Shown here one piece after another: positions 16,106 through 25,139 of a stretch of DNA of 32,000 bases. This DNA comes from Candidatus Saccharimonadota bacterium (GTDB lineage: Bacteria; Patescibacteriota; Saccharimonadia; Saccharimonadales; Saccharimonadaceae): the NCBI GenBank assembly GCA_000503915.1, contig CP006915.1:390001-422000 (forward strand), read 5' to 3'. Numbering within the stretch: position 1 is the stretch's first letter; the number at the start of each line of letters is the position of its first letter. The position numbers and the translations under genes were made by a program. The notes under the pieces were generated by a model. That model was not told the DNA's origin. It saw nothing but the letters and a program-made list of their open reading frames with translations, and did no database searches.

Positions 16106-17875
16106 GTGGCCCTTATCACGACGGAGCTCCAGGAAAAGCTACTCTCGCTTTTAGTTAACGAAGGGTTGGTTCAACAATCGGTTATCGATGAGACAAAAAG
16201 TGATGCAGTGAAAACCAATCAACCGATGCTAAAGGTGCTAACCGAAAAAGGCGCGGTCGATGACGAGTTGCTGACACACGCTATCGCCCAAGTGTCCGGG
16301 GTACCCTATGTTAATCTGCAAAACACACTGATTGATGAGAAAATTCTTGAACTGCTGCCAATAGAGATTGCCGAGCGGTTCATGGCGGTACCCCTCGCCG
16401 AAGTTCAAAACCGTTTGGCGGTTGCTATGCTCGACGCCAATAATGTGCAAGCGGTCGACTACCTTGCTAATTTGATTCAGCGGCCCTTAAAGGTCTTCAT
16501 GACTAGTGAACCGGGTATTCGACACGTACTCGACCAATACAAGACCGACCTTTCTTCGGTGGATGAAGCGGTGCGTTCTGAAAAAGCGGCCTCAAGTGCC
16601 GAAGCAGCAGAAAGTGCCAACATCAAGACACTCGTACAGGATTCACCGATTAGCCGTGCACTCAGCACTATCTTGGAGTATGCGGTGAAAACAAAGGCCA
16701 GCGACATCCACATTGAGCCGTTTGAGTCGGCACTCAAGATTCGCTGCCGCGTCGACGGTGTGCTCCGCGAGGTCATGCAGCTACCGAAGAGCATTGAGCC
16801 GGCACTGGTGAGTCGTATCAAGATCTTGTCGAACCTCAAGATTGATGAGCACCGGACGCCACAGGATGGTCAGTTTGCGATTAAGGTTGCCAACAAAGAG
16901 GTAGACCTCCGTATTGCAATTAGTCCAGTGGTCTGGGGTGAGCAAGTTGTCATCCGACTGCTTGATAAATCCAGTAACTCATTTGCCCTCGAGGAGATGG
17001 GATACGCCGGGCGCGCACTTCGTGCCATCCGAAAAGGCATCCGCCGTCCAAACGGCATGGTACTAACTTCGGGTCCAACCGGAAGCGGCAAGTCAACCAG
17101 TCTCTATGCCCTGATCAAAGAAGTCAAAGATGACTCGGTCAATATCGTCACGCTAGAAGACCCAGTTGAGTACAAGATGGAAGGGGTCAATCAGATCCAG
17201 GTTAATAGTGAGGTCGGTCTGACTTTTGCCAATGGGTTACGCTCGATTTTGCGTCAAGACCCGAACATCATCATGGTGGGGGAGATTCGCGATGCCGAGA
17301 CGGCCAATTTGGCGGTGCAAGCGGCGTTGACGGGGCACCTGGTATTCTCAACACTCCACACCAACTCAGCGGCCGGTGTCTTACCGCGTCTCCTCGACAT
17401 GGGGATCGAGCCGTTTCTGATCGCCAGTACAGTGAACACGATTATTGGTCAGCGCCTGGTGCGCCGCGTAGCACCGAACCGCGACGTGTACAGCTCAACC
17501 CCGATCGAAACGCAGAATATCCTTACCACTGTTGGCCACATTCTACCGAAGACGAAAGAGCAGGTTGCGGCAGTTTCGCAGGATCTAGGATATAAAGACT
17601 TGCCACTAGCCGGGCAAAACGCTTATACTTTAGTCAAGGGGAAAGATACTCCCGGGACGCCACATGGCTACTCGGGGCGAGCCGGCCTCTTTGAAGTCAT
17701 GGACGTGACGGAGGAAATACAAGATCTTATCGTTCGTCATGCAACCAGTGCGGAAATCCAGCGTAAGGCTATGGAGCAAGGAATGATCACGATGCGACAG
17801 GATGGCTACTTAAAAGCACTGACTGGTTTAACAACAATTGAGGAAGTAAACCGCGTCGCGGCGGATACGGCATAA
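16106..17875 (+). CDS. pilB: Type IV pilus extension ATPase PilB (GspE family)
   Basis: T2SSE_N-like N-terminal domain, Walker A 'GPTGSGKST', Asp box, 'VGEIRD' Walker B, 'TGHLVFSTLHTN' His box. GTG start. Confidence 0.9.
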   Translation: MALITTELQEKLLSLLVNEGLVQQSVIDETKSDAVKTNQPMLKVLTEKGAVDDELLTHAIAQVSGVPYVNLQNTLIDEKILELLPIEIAERFMAVPLAEVQNRLAVAMLDANNVQAVDYLANLIQRPLKVFMTSEPGIRHVLDQYKTDLSSVDEAVRSEKAASSAEAAESANIKTLVQDSPISRALSTILEYAVKTKASDIHIEPFESALKIRCRVDGVLREVMQLPKSIEPALVSRIKILSNLKIDEHRTPQDGQFAIKVANKEVDLRIAISPVVWGEQVVIRLLDKSSNSFALEEMGYAGRALRAIRKGIRRPNGMVLTSGPTGSGKSTSLYALIKEVKDDSVNIVTLEDPVEYKMEGVNQIQVNSEVGLTFANGLRSILRQDPNIIMVGEIRDAETANLAVQAALTGHLVFSTLHTNSAAGVLPRLLDMGIEPFLIASTVNTIIGQRLVRRVAPNRDVYSSTPIETQNILTTVGHILPKTKEQVAAVSQDLGYKDLPLAGQNAYTLVKGKDTPGTPHGYSGRAGLFEVMDVTEEIQDLIVRHATSAEIQRKAMEQGMITMRQDGYLKALTGLTTIEEVNRVAADTA

Positions 17876-17886
17876 GGGTGGAAAGT

Positions 17887-18954
17887 ATGAACCAAGAATT
17901 ACGGATAGAATTATTACTCGAAGAGGTTGTCAAGCGACGTGCGAGCGATCTTCACTTGCAAGTCGGCTTGCCGCCAATGTTGCGTATCGACGGTAGTCTG
18001 ACACCAGTCCAGGGCTACGATATCTTAGGTGAGCCAGAACTGGAAACTCTCGTGTTTGCCATCCTAGACCAAGAGCAACAGCAGATTTTGCAAAAAGATA
18101 AAGAATTTGACTTTAGCTTCGCGTTTGGCAACCTTGGCCGCTTCCGTGTTAACGCTTTTCATGAACGAGGCAACCTGGCGGCAGCACTACGTCTGATCCC
18201 GAATGAGATCAAGAATATTATGGAGCTGGGTATGCCGCCGATTGTCAATAACTTTTCCGATTATCCACGCGGGCTTGTATTAGTCACCGGCCCGACGGGT
18301 AGTGGAAAGTCGACCACTCTCGCAGCACTTGTCGATAAGATCAATACCGAGCGGCCGCAGCATATCATCACGATTGAAGATCCAATTGAGTTTACGCATA
18401 AGTCAAAGAAGTCGGTTGTCGTACAGCGTGAGGTTCACTATGACACTTATAGTTTCTCGGCCGCTTTACGCTCCAGCTTGCGTCAAGATCCTGATGTAGT
18501 CCTCATCGGTGAGATGCGTGACCTCGAGACAATCTCGGCGGCAATTACGATTGCCGAGACGGGACACCTGGTATTTGCCACGCTTCATACCAACTCGGCG
18601 GCGCAATCGATCGACCGAATGATCGACGTTTTTCCACCGCACCAGCAGCCGCAGATCCGCGCCCAACTCTCGAATATCCTGATGGCGATTTGTTCACAGC
18701 GCCTAGTGCCGGCTATCGGCGGCGGCCGTGTCGTAGCGGCCGAGATCTTGATTGCCAACTCAGCAGTGCGCAATATTATTCGCGAGGGAAAGAGTCATCA
18801 GCTCGACGCGGTCATCCAGACCAGCGCGGACCAAGGTATGCAGACGATGGATCGGACACTTGTCAGCCTTGTTCAGTCCGGAACGGTGACGTTTGACGAA
18901 GCTCGCAACTATGCGGTTGATCTTACCGAATTTGAAAGGTTGATGCGAGGTTAG
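17887..18954 (+). CDS. pilT: Type IV pilus retraction ATPase PilT
   Basis: 'ASDLHL', Walker A 'GPTGSGKST', 'IGEMRD', 'TGHLVFATLHTNSA', and the PilT-specific 'AVRNIIREGK'. ATG 17887 follows GGGTGG; the ORF-track start is GTG 17878. Confidence 0.9.
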   Translation: MNQELRIELLLEEVVKRRASDLHLQVGLPPMLRIDGSLTPVQGYDILGEPELETLVFAILDQEQQQILQKDKEFDFSFAFGNLGRFRVNAFHERGNLAAALRLIPNEIKNIMELGMPPIVNNFSDYPRGLVLVTGPTGSGKSTTLAALVDKINTERPQHIITIEDPIEFTHKSKKSVVVQREVHYDTYSFSAALRSSLRQDPDVVLIGEMRDLETISAAITIAETGHLVFATLHTNSAAQSIDRMIDVFPPHQQPQIRAQLSNILMAICSQRLVPAIGGGRVVAAEILIANSAVRNIIREGKSHQLDAVIQTSADQGMQTMDRTLVSLVQSGTVTFDEARNYAVDLTEFERLMRG

Positions 18955-18979
18955 ATAGAAACCTCCTGCAGGATAAGCT

Positions 18980-20191
18980 ATGAAACGATTCGACTATGAA
19001 GCCAAAGATCTTTCAACAGGGAAGATCGTGAAAGCCTCGGTTCAGGCTGAGTCGGAAAACGCTGCAGCAAAGCTACTCCTAAGCCAAGGCTTTACGCCGC
19101 ACAACATCCAGGAAGCCGGCGAGAACCGTAGTTTACTCGCTCGGTTAACCGGTCGGATTACCACTAAAGACCGTGTCGTTTTCACGCGGCAGCTGGCAAC
19201 ATTGATCGGTGCAGGACTGCCATTGACACAAAGTTTGCGCACGGTTCACGACCAGACGGAGAATAAACAGTTCCAAGCGGTGCTCGACGACGTGATTGCT
19301 TCGGTCGAAGGTGGTAAATCCTTGGCCGATTCGTTTAGCCAGCATAAAAATGTATTTGACACTATCTTCCTGGCACTCGTAAAAGCCGGTGAGGCATCAG
19401 GAACGCTCGACCAATCCTTGCGTCGTATTGCTGCCCAGCAGGAAAAAGATGCGGCGGTAATGAGCAAAATTCGAGGCGCGCTAACCTACCCGATCATCGT
19501 CCTTGTTGTGATCCTTGGTGTCGTGGTGTTCATGCTGGTCACCGTTGTGCCACAGGTAGAGCGGCTGTATGAGGATCTCCATCAGACCTTACCATTCTTG
19601 ACACAGATTCTGGTGAGTCTCGCTACGGTGGTTCGTCTCTATGGCTGGCTGCTGATCATTATCGCTGGTATTGGCATCTATTTTCTTATTCAGTTTCTCA
19701 AAACCGATACGGGTATCCGCTGGATGGACACCTTTAAGTTGAACGTGCCGCTCTTTAAGGGAATGTTCCGTAGGCTGTATATGGCGCGCTTTACCCGTAC
19801 CGGTCAAACGCTACTTGCGACTGGCGTAGCAATGCTTGATATGCTCGAGATTGCTAAAGAGTCGGTTAATAATACGCTAATTGGAGAAGATATTGGGCGA
19901 GCCGCTGAAAAGGTGCGCGGTGGTAAGTCACTTTCTTCATCGCTACAAAATGAGGCCTATATACTGCCGCTGGTTGCACAGATGATCAGTATCGGCGAAC
20001 AATCGGGCAAGATCGACGAGATGATGGGCAAGACAGCACAGGTCTATGAAGATGAGCTCGATGAAGAGATTCGGACGATTTCGACGGCGATTGAGCCAAT
20101 CCTCATGGTGGTGCTCGCCATTGTAGCTGGTGGTATGGTCGCGGCTATCCTGCTGCCGATTTACAGTCTGGTAAATACCATAAGACTCTAG
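18980..20191 (+). CDS. pilC: Type IV pilus platform protein PilC (GspF family)
   Basis: 403 aa with two GspF repeats ('FTRQLATLIGAGLPL', 'FTRTGQTLLATGVAM') and 3 TM segments. Confidence 0.9.
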   Translation: MKRFDYEAKDLSTGKIVKASVQAESENAAAKLLLSQGFTPHNIQEAGENRSLLARLTGRITTKDRVVFTRQLATLIGAGLPLTQSLRTVHDQTENKQFQAVLDDVIASVEGGKSLADSFSQHKNVFDTIFLALVKAGEASGTLDQSLRRIAAQQEKDAAVMSKIRGALTYPIIVLVVILGVVVFMLVTVVPQVERLYEDLHQTLPFLTQILVSLATVVRLYGWLLIIIAGIGIYFLIQFLKTDTGIRWMDTFKLNVPLFKGMFRRLYMARFTRTGQTLLATGVAMLDMLEIAKESVNNTLIGEDIGRAAEKVRGGKSLSSSLQNEAYILPLVAQMISIGEQSGKIDEMMGKTAQVYEDELDEEIRTISTAIEPILMVVLAIVAGGMVAAILLPIYSLVNTIRL

Positions 20192-20196
20192 ACAAG

Positions 20197-20202
20197 TATA
20201 AT
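20197..20202 (+). promoter_or_regulatory. TATAAT -10 box for pilA
   Basis: Sequence 'gacaagTATAATccc' immediately after the pilC stop. pilA has its own SD (AAAGGTGG). Confidence 0.35.
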
Positions 20203-20266
20203 CCCGGTCGTGTACTATAAGCACAAGCATGACTAGAAGATAGCGATAGAAAGGTGGGTAAAGTAG

Positions 20267-20755
20267 ATGAAGGCAATAGGTAACAAAGAAAGAGCAAAAG
20301 GCTTCACGATCATTGAGGTGGTCTTGGTGTTGGCGATTGCCGGACTGATCTTCCTGATGGTCTTTATTGCTCTGCCGGCGCTGCAGCGCAGCCAGCGTGA
20401 TAGCCAGCGCCGTAATGATGTCGGGACATTTATTAGTCAGTTAACACAGTATTCAACCAACAATAACGGCGGGCTGCCAGCCTCCGGAAGTGTCGATGAC
20501 TTTGCCACTAGTTATTTGAAATGGAAGAACGATGATACTGGAGAATTCAAGGATCCAAAGACGGGTAAGGGCTACACACTTGTTGGCGGTGTCGAACAGC
20601 CAGACCAAGGGGAAATGGTCTATGGCGGCCGTAACACGACTTGTGACGGTGAAATGGTTAAGACTCTTGGGGCAACCGAGACAAATAACCGCCAAGCTGC
20701 AGTCGCAGTTGCACTAGAAGGCGGTGGCGCCTTTTGTCAGACGATTCAGCAGTAG
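20267..20755 (+). CDS. pilA: Major type IV pilin
   Basis: Class III signal 'KERAKG|FTIIEVVLVLAIAGLIF' with Glu+5. C-terminal Cys pair (TTCDGE...GAFCQT). Dedicated promoter and terminator. Confidence 0.85.
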   Translation: MKAIGNKERAKGFTIIEVVLVLAIAGLIFLMVFIALPALQRSQRDSQRRNDVGTFISQLTQYSTNNNGGLPASGSVDDFATSYLKWKNDDTGEFKDPKTGKGYTLVGGVEQPDQGEMVYGGRNTTCDGEMVKTLGATETNNRQAAVAVALEGGGAFCQTIQQ

Positions 20756-20776
20756 GGATTATTTGAGTCTCACAAT

Positions 20777-20805
20777 AAAATAGCCTGTCTAAGCAGGCTA
20801 TTTTT
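20777..20805 (+). terminator. Rho-independent terminator after pilA
   Basis: AAAATAGCCTG - tctaag - CAGGCTATTTT followed by T. Confidence 0.7.
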
Positions 20806-20822
20806 ACAGGGAAGAAACTGGT

Positions 20823-21812
20823 ATGATGAAGATAATGACAAGCGTAGCCTTTATTATGTTTGGTAGCGTGTTCGGTTTACTCGCCGGCAGTTTTGCCGGT
20901 GCAACGGTGTGGCGGCTGCGCGCGCGGCAGCTGGCCGAGGACGATGAGCGCTTGATGGAGCTGACCAAACGAAAGAAACTGTCTCGCGACGAACGTCTGG
21001 AGCGGGCTGAACTGGCCGAAGATACGGCACAGCGAGCGGCTGAGCGCCACAAGCTTGACCCTTTGCTAAAGAAATCGTTTACTACCGATCGCTCGCGCTG
21101 TTTAACCTGTCATCATACGTTGGCTTGGTACGACTTGCTGCCGCTGGCGAGCTGGCTTGGTACTGGTGGGCGCTGTCGCTACTGCCGTACGCCAATTGGT
21201 CGGTTCGAGCCACTGATGGAGCTTGGGAGTGCATTACTTTTTGGGCTCTTTGCCTGGTACTGGACAACCAATTACGCGCAGGGGGGTGTGCTCATACTCA
21301 CGATCTGGGCGGTGATATTGGTGTTGATGGTAGTCGCATTTGCTTACGATGCCAAGTGGTTCCTGCTGCCAGATACGATTATGTGGCCACTGATTATCCT
21401 GAGTGGAATCGTAGCAGGACTTGGTGTCATACAGGCTACGAACCATGGGGCAGCGCTCCTTTCAGCCGTTGGTGCCGTCCTGATACTATCCGGCCTATAT
21501 CTGGCGTTGTGGCTGCTTTCAAAAGGCGCTTGGATCGGCTTTGGCGACGTCAAACTAGGATTGGCATTGGGGCTACTACTGGGGCAGTGGCAATATGCTC
21601 TGTTGGCATTATTCCTGGCCAACTGTATCGGGCTGTTATTTGTACTGCCGGGTCTTTTGAGTGGTAAACTGTCGCGGCACACGCACGTCCCCTTTGGTCC
21701 CTTTCTGATTATTGGTTTTTTTGTGACACTTCTCTGGGGGCAGGAAGTAATCCAGCTTTATCAGGGCGGGGCAATGTTATTTAGCGATTGGCTGATAACG
21801 CTCATGGTATAA
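20823..21812 (+). CDS. pilD: Prepilin peptidase/N-methyltransferase PilD (A24 family)
   Basis: 'CLTCHHTLAWYDLLPLASWLGTGGRCRYCRTPI' is the CxxC...CxxC motif. Catalytic Asp contexts are 'AYDAKWFLLPD' and 'GFGDVKL'. Confidence 0.85.
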   Translation: MMKIMTSVAFIMFGSVFGLLAGSFAGATVWRLRARQLAEDDERLMELTKRKKLSRDERLERAELAEDTAQRAAERHKLDPLLKKSFTTDRSRCLTCHHTLAWYDLLPLASWLGTGGRCRYCRTPIGRFEPLMELGSALLFGLFAWYWTTNYAQGGVLILTIWAVILVLMVVAFAYDAKWFLLPDTIMWPLIILSGIVAGLGVIQATNHGAALLSAVGAVLILSGLYLALWLLSKGAWIGFGDVKLGLALGLLLGQWQYALLALFLANCIGLLFVLPGLLSGKLSRHTHVPFGPFLIIGFFVTLLWGQEVIQLYQGGAMLFSDWLITLMV

Positions 21813-21822
21813 TGAAGGCAAC

Positions 21823-22581
21823 ATGATACGGGCAGGGATACGCAGCGGGTTTACAATTATCGAGACAATGCTCTTTCTAGCGATCAGCGGAGGCTTAACG
21901 GTGATGATCTTGGCCGGTTCAGGTACAATGATCTCGCAGCAGCGCTATAAAGACGCCGCCAGCCGTACACAATATTTGATTCAGGAGCAATACGCCAGTA
22001 CTGTTAATACGTTAAATGCGCGCCAAGGTAGTAGTTGGCGCTGTAACCCAGCAACAGGGGAAGTCAGTCAGGACAGCGGCGAAGGGGTTGGCGCACAGTG
22101 GCGTGGTGCCAGCGAATGTGAGATTATTGGTCGGTTTATACAATTTAACGGTAATGGCCGAGAGATTATCACCGGCAACGTCACTGGCTACCGCTTTCAG
22201 GCAACCCCAAGCCCGACAAATGATCTGCAGGCATTCGGGCAGTATCATCTGGCTCGGATGACTGAGGGCAGCGAGAGTCGGCCAGTGTCGTGGGGAGCCA
22301 GTATTACGCACCCGACTAGTGAGGCGATTGATAATGAGCTGATACTGATACTGCGTTCACCGTTCTCGGGCACGCTTCGTACCTTTATTACCAGCGCTTA
22401 CCATCCGTTTGATGGTGAGGCGATCATCCCAAATTCGCTCCTTGCGAGCTTTAATGGACGAGCAGTGCTTTGTATCAACCCGGAGGGATTTTCGATTGGT
22501 GAAAAACTTGGTATCGTGATCGAGGCGGGCGCCAGCGGCACCAGTGCTATCAAGCAGCAAGCCAGCGGGAGTGGATGTTGA
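21823..22581 (+). CDS. Minor (pseudo)pilin
   Basis: 'GIRSG|FTIIETMLFLAISGGL' prepilin motif with Glu+5. Confidence 0.7.
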   Translation: MIRAGIRSGFTIIETMLFLAISGGLTVMILAGSGTMISQQRYKDAASRTQYLIQEQYASTVNTLNARQGSSWRCNPATGEVSQDSGEGVGAQWRGASECEIIGRFIQFNGNGREIITGNVTGYRFQATPSPTNDLQAFGQYHLARMTEGSESRPVSWGASITHPTSEAIDNELILILRSPFSGTLRTFITSAYHPFDGEAIIPNSLLASFNGRAVLCINPEGFSIGEKLGIVIEAGASGTSAIKQQASGSGC

Positions 22582-23207
22582 TGCGCCGGCGTTGGGATCA
22601 AGGCGATACGATTATTGAAGTACTGAGTGCTGTTGTCGTTTTCAGTCTGCTTGCGATTGGGGTCATATCGATCATGAACCAAGGGATCAATGGCGCTCAG
22701 CGAGCACTCGAGATTACGCTAGTGCGCCAGCAGATGGATGCCCAGGCGGAAGTGCTTCGCTACATCAACCAAGGCTATCTTGCTGGTCTCAGTGACTCTG
22801 GTAAGATCGATGACAATTTATCTACTCAGTGGCGGGCGATCCAGGCCAAAGCAGAAACAACGACAAGCATTTCACCTCATGCCGATGATACGTCGCGGTG
22901 TCCGGCTATTCCTTCACAGGCTTTTATAATGGATGCTAAGCGGCAAGAACTTTCCTCGGCTCACATTTACTCCATGACGGAAAGTTTTGACGGTTCCACA
23001 CTGACACCGCCGCCCTATGCTCAGGTAGTCTACAACGATTTTAACCTCGACCGGACATTTGGAATTTGGATCGAAGCGGCCGCGGCTCCAGAGCAAGCTG
23101 GCATCCGACACATAGATTTCTATATCCGTAGTTGCTGGCAAGGCCCAGGCACCGGTACAACGGTAAACCTTGATACGATTGTGAGACTTTATGATACGAC
23201 GTCGTAA
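22575..23207 (+). CDS. Minor pilin-like protein with atypical cleavage site
   Basis: 'RRWDQG|DTIIEVLSAVVVFSLLAIG': Gly-1, Asp+1 (unusual), Glu+5. 7-nt overlap with the upstream gene. Confidence 0.6.
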   Translation: MLMRRRWDQGDTIIEVLSAVVVFSLLAIGVISIMNQGINGAQRALEITLVRQQMDAQAEVLRYINQGYLAGLSDSGKIDDNLSTQWRAIQAKAETTTSISPHADDTSRCPAIPSQAFIMDAKRQELSSAHIYSMTESFDGSTLTPPPYAQVVYNDFNLDRTFGIWIEAAAAPEQAGIRHIDFYIRSCWQGPGTGTTVNLDTIVRLYDTTS

Positions 23208-23892
23208 TACGCTCGCCTTTACGATGATCGAGCTAATGCTGGCGATGAGTTTTGTTGCCATCCTAATGATGGCGATTACGTTTTTAACAATTCATGTTAG
23301 TAATCTCTATACACGAGGTGTTACGCTCAAGGAGGTAAACCAAACCGGCCTGGCGATTACTGAAGATATGCAGCGGACGATTGGCGCAACGGCACCCTTT
23401 GATATCAACCAAGGATCGGGTACGAGCCGTTATGTAGAAGTAGCTGACCGAGGCGGGCGACTGTGTACTGGCCAGTATAGCTATGCTTGGAACTATGCAA
23501 ATAGCCTGCAGGGACATGCATTGCCATATACGACCTATCAGGACACGAATAAACCAGTAAGACTCGTACGGGTACTTGATCCAGAGGCGTATCTCTGCCG
23601 AACCGCCATGAACAATGTAATAGATCCGGCGAAAACCACTAATCTATTGCAGGCGGGTGAGCGTGACTTGGCGCTCTACAGTTTCACGATCAGTACCAAC
23701 GCGGCAAGCTCATTTGTCAGCCAGGCGCTCTACACAGTCTCTTTTACACTGGGAACGATCCAAGAAGGTCAAATTGACTCAGTAAATAAAACCTGCAAGC
23801 CACCGAAAGAAGGTGTGGGATATGAGGATTATTGTGCTATAAATGAATTTAATATAGTTGTGCGCGCAGGTAATAGCGAGGGGAATGAATAA
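23191..23892 (+). CDS. Minor pilin-like protein
   Basis: 'RRNTLA|FTMIELMLAMSFVAILMM': Ala-1, Phe+1, Glu+5. Overlaps the upstream gene by 17 nt. Confidence 0.6.
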   Translation: MIRRRNTLAFTMIELMLAMSFVAILMMAITFLTIHVSNLYTRGVTLKEVNQTGLAITEDMQRTIGATAPFDINQGSGTSRYVEVADRGGRLCTGQYSYAWNYANSLQGHALPYTTYQDTNKPVRLVRVLDPEAYLCRTAMNNVIDPAKTTNLLQAGERDLALYSFTISTNAASSFVSQALYTVSFTLGTIQEGQIDSVNKTCKPPKEGVGYEDYCAINEFNIVVRAGNSEGNE

Positions 23893-25118
23893 TGAAAACA
23901 ATACAAGGGCAGTATAGTAGGGAGCGAGGAGCTGTCTCGATCTTTATTGTTATTTTTACGGCGTTACTTGTTACTGTAGTGACAGTAGGCTTTGTCCAGC
24001 TGATTGTACAGAACCAGCAGCAGGCTTCTCAGGCCGATTTGTCGCAGAGCGCCTACGATTCTGCGCTCGCCGGTGTTGAGGACGCCAAACGGGCGCTGGC
24101 ACTGGATAAAAAATGTCGTGCAAGCAACAACACAGTAACGGGCGTGAACTGCGTTCAACTTCATACGGCACTGGTTTCGAGTGAATGTAGTACGCTACAA
24201 CAAATATTCAACGGTGCCAACAGCGGTGAGACAATTGTCCGCCGGCAAGGTAGCTCCGGTAACGCCGATGTTGCGCTTGACCAAGCGTACACTTGCGTCA
24301 AAATTATTCAGAATACACCCGATTATCGTCGCAGCGGTCTGACCAGCGAGCGCTCCCATTTAATTCCGCTAAGGGTAGCACCCGGTCAGTCGTTCAACCA
24401 AGTTGAGGTCGAGTGGTTTACTAAAAAGGACAGTGGTCTCGACGATAGTACTCCTGCGGCGCTGACATACCCGCAAGTAAGCCCGCCGCTGCTGCCAGCC
24501 GACACCGACGGATGGGGGGGAGATCAGACGCCGCCACTTCTGCGGGCGCAGCTGATCCAGACCGGTAGCAATTTCTCGCTGTCTGACTTTGATAATCAAT
24601 CAGGTGACGGCAGTGATGCCAATACATTGTTCTTGTATCCGGCACTTGTAGGCTCCTCTAGCTATAGTTTCGCGCAGGATAATCGCCTGACGGGAGTTAA
24701 TAGTCCGAAGCAAGTCGTTTGCGATAGGAATACCTATACGAATGGTGGGTACGCCTGCAAAGTTACGCTCACGCTTCCACGGCCGATCGGCACGGCTGAT
24801 CTCAGGCAGCGCAACGCTCTGTTGCGGCTCAGTGTTCTCTATAACACGACGCGCTACCGAATCACCTTAAAGAACAACGGCACTCCTATAAACTTTTATG
24901 GTGTCCAGTCAGAGGTGGATGCAACGGGTCGGGCAAATGATTTGTTCAGACGAGTCGAAGCCCGAGTTGAGCTTGACTCGACCGACTTTCCCTATCCTGA
25001 AGAGACCGTATATCTCTACGGAAGTTTGTGCAAGGATTTCTACGTTACCAATCGTGCCCAACACTACGATGCCGGAAAGTGCGAGCCGTCATACGGTGCC
25101 GAAGAAGTCACCCCGTAA
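23892..25118 (+). CDS. PilX/GspK-like large minor pilin
   Basis: 'RERGAVSIFIVIFTALLVTVVTVGF' resembles the PilX N-terminal domain and has no Glu+5. TAATG overlap with the upstream gene. 408 aa. Confidence 0.55.
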   Translation: MKTIQGQYSRERGAVSIFIVIFTALLVTVVTVGFVQLIVQNQQQASQADLSQSAYDSALAGVEDAKRALALDKKCRASNNTVTGVNCVQLHTALVSSECSTLQQIFNGANSGETIVRRQGSSGNADVALDQAYTCVKIIQNTPDYRRSGLTSERSHLIPLRVAPGQSFNQVEVEWFTKKDSGLDDSTPAALTYPQVSPPLLPADTDGWGGDQTPPLLRAQLIQTGSNFSLSDFDNQSGDGSDANTLFLYPALVGSSSYSFAQDNRLTGVNSPKQVVCDRNTYTNGGYACKVTLTLPRPIGTADLRQRNALLRLSVLYNTTRYRITLKNNGTPINFYGVQSEVDATGRANDLFRRVEARVELDSTDFPYPEETVYLYGSLCKDFYVTNRAQHYDAGKCEPSYGAEEVTP

Positions 25119-25139
25119 ACCCTCAGTGTCTGATGGGCA

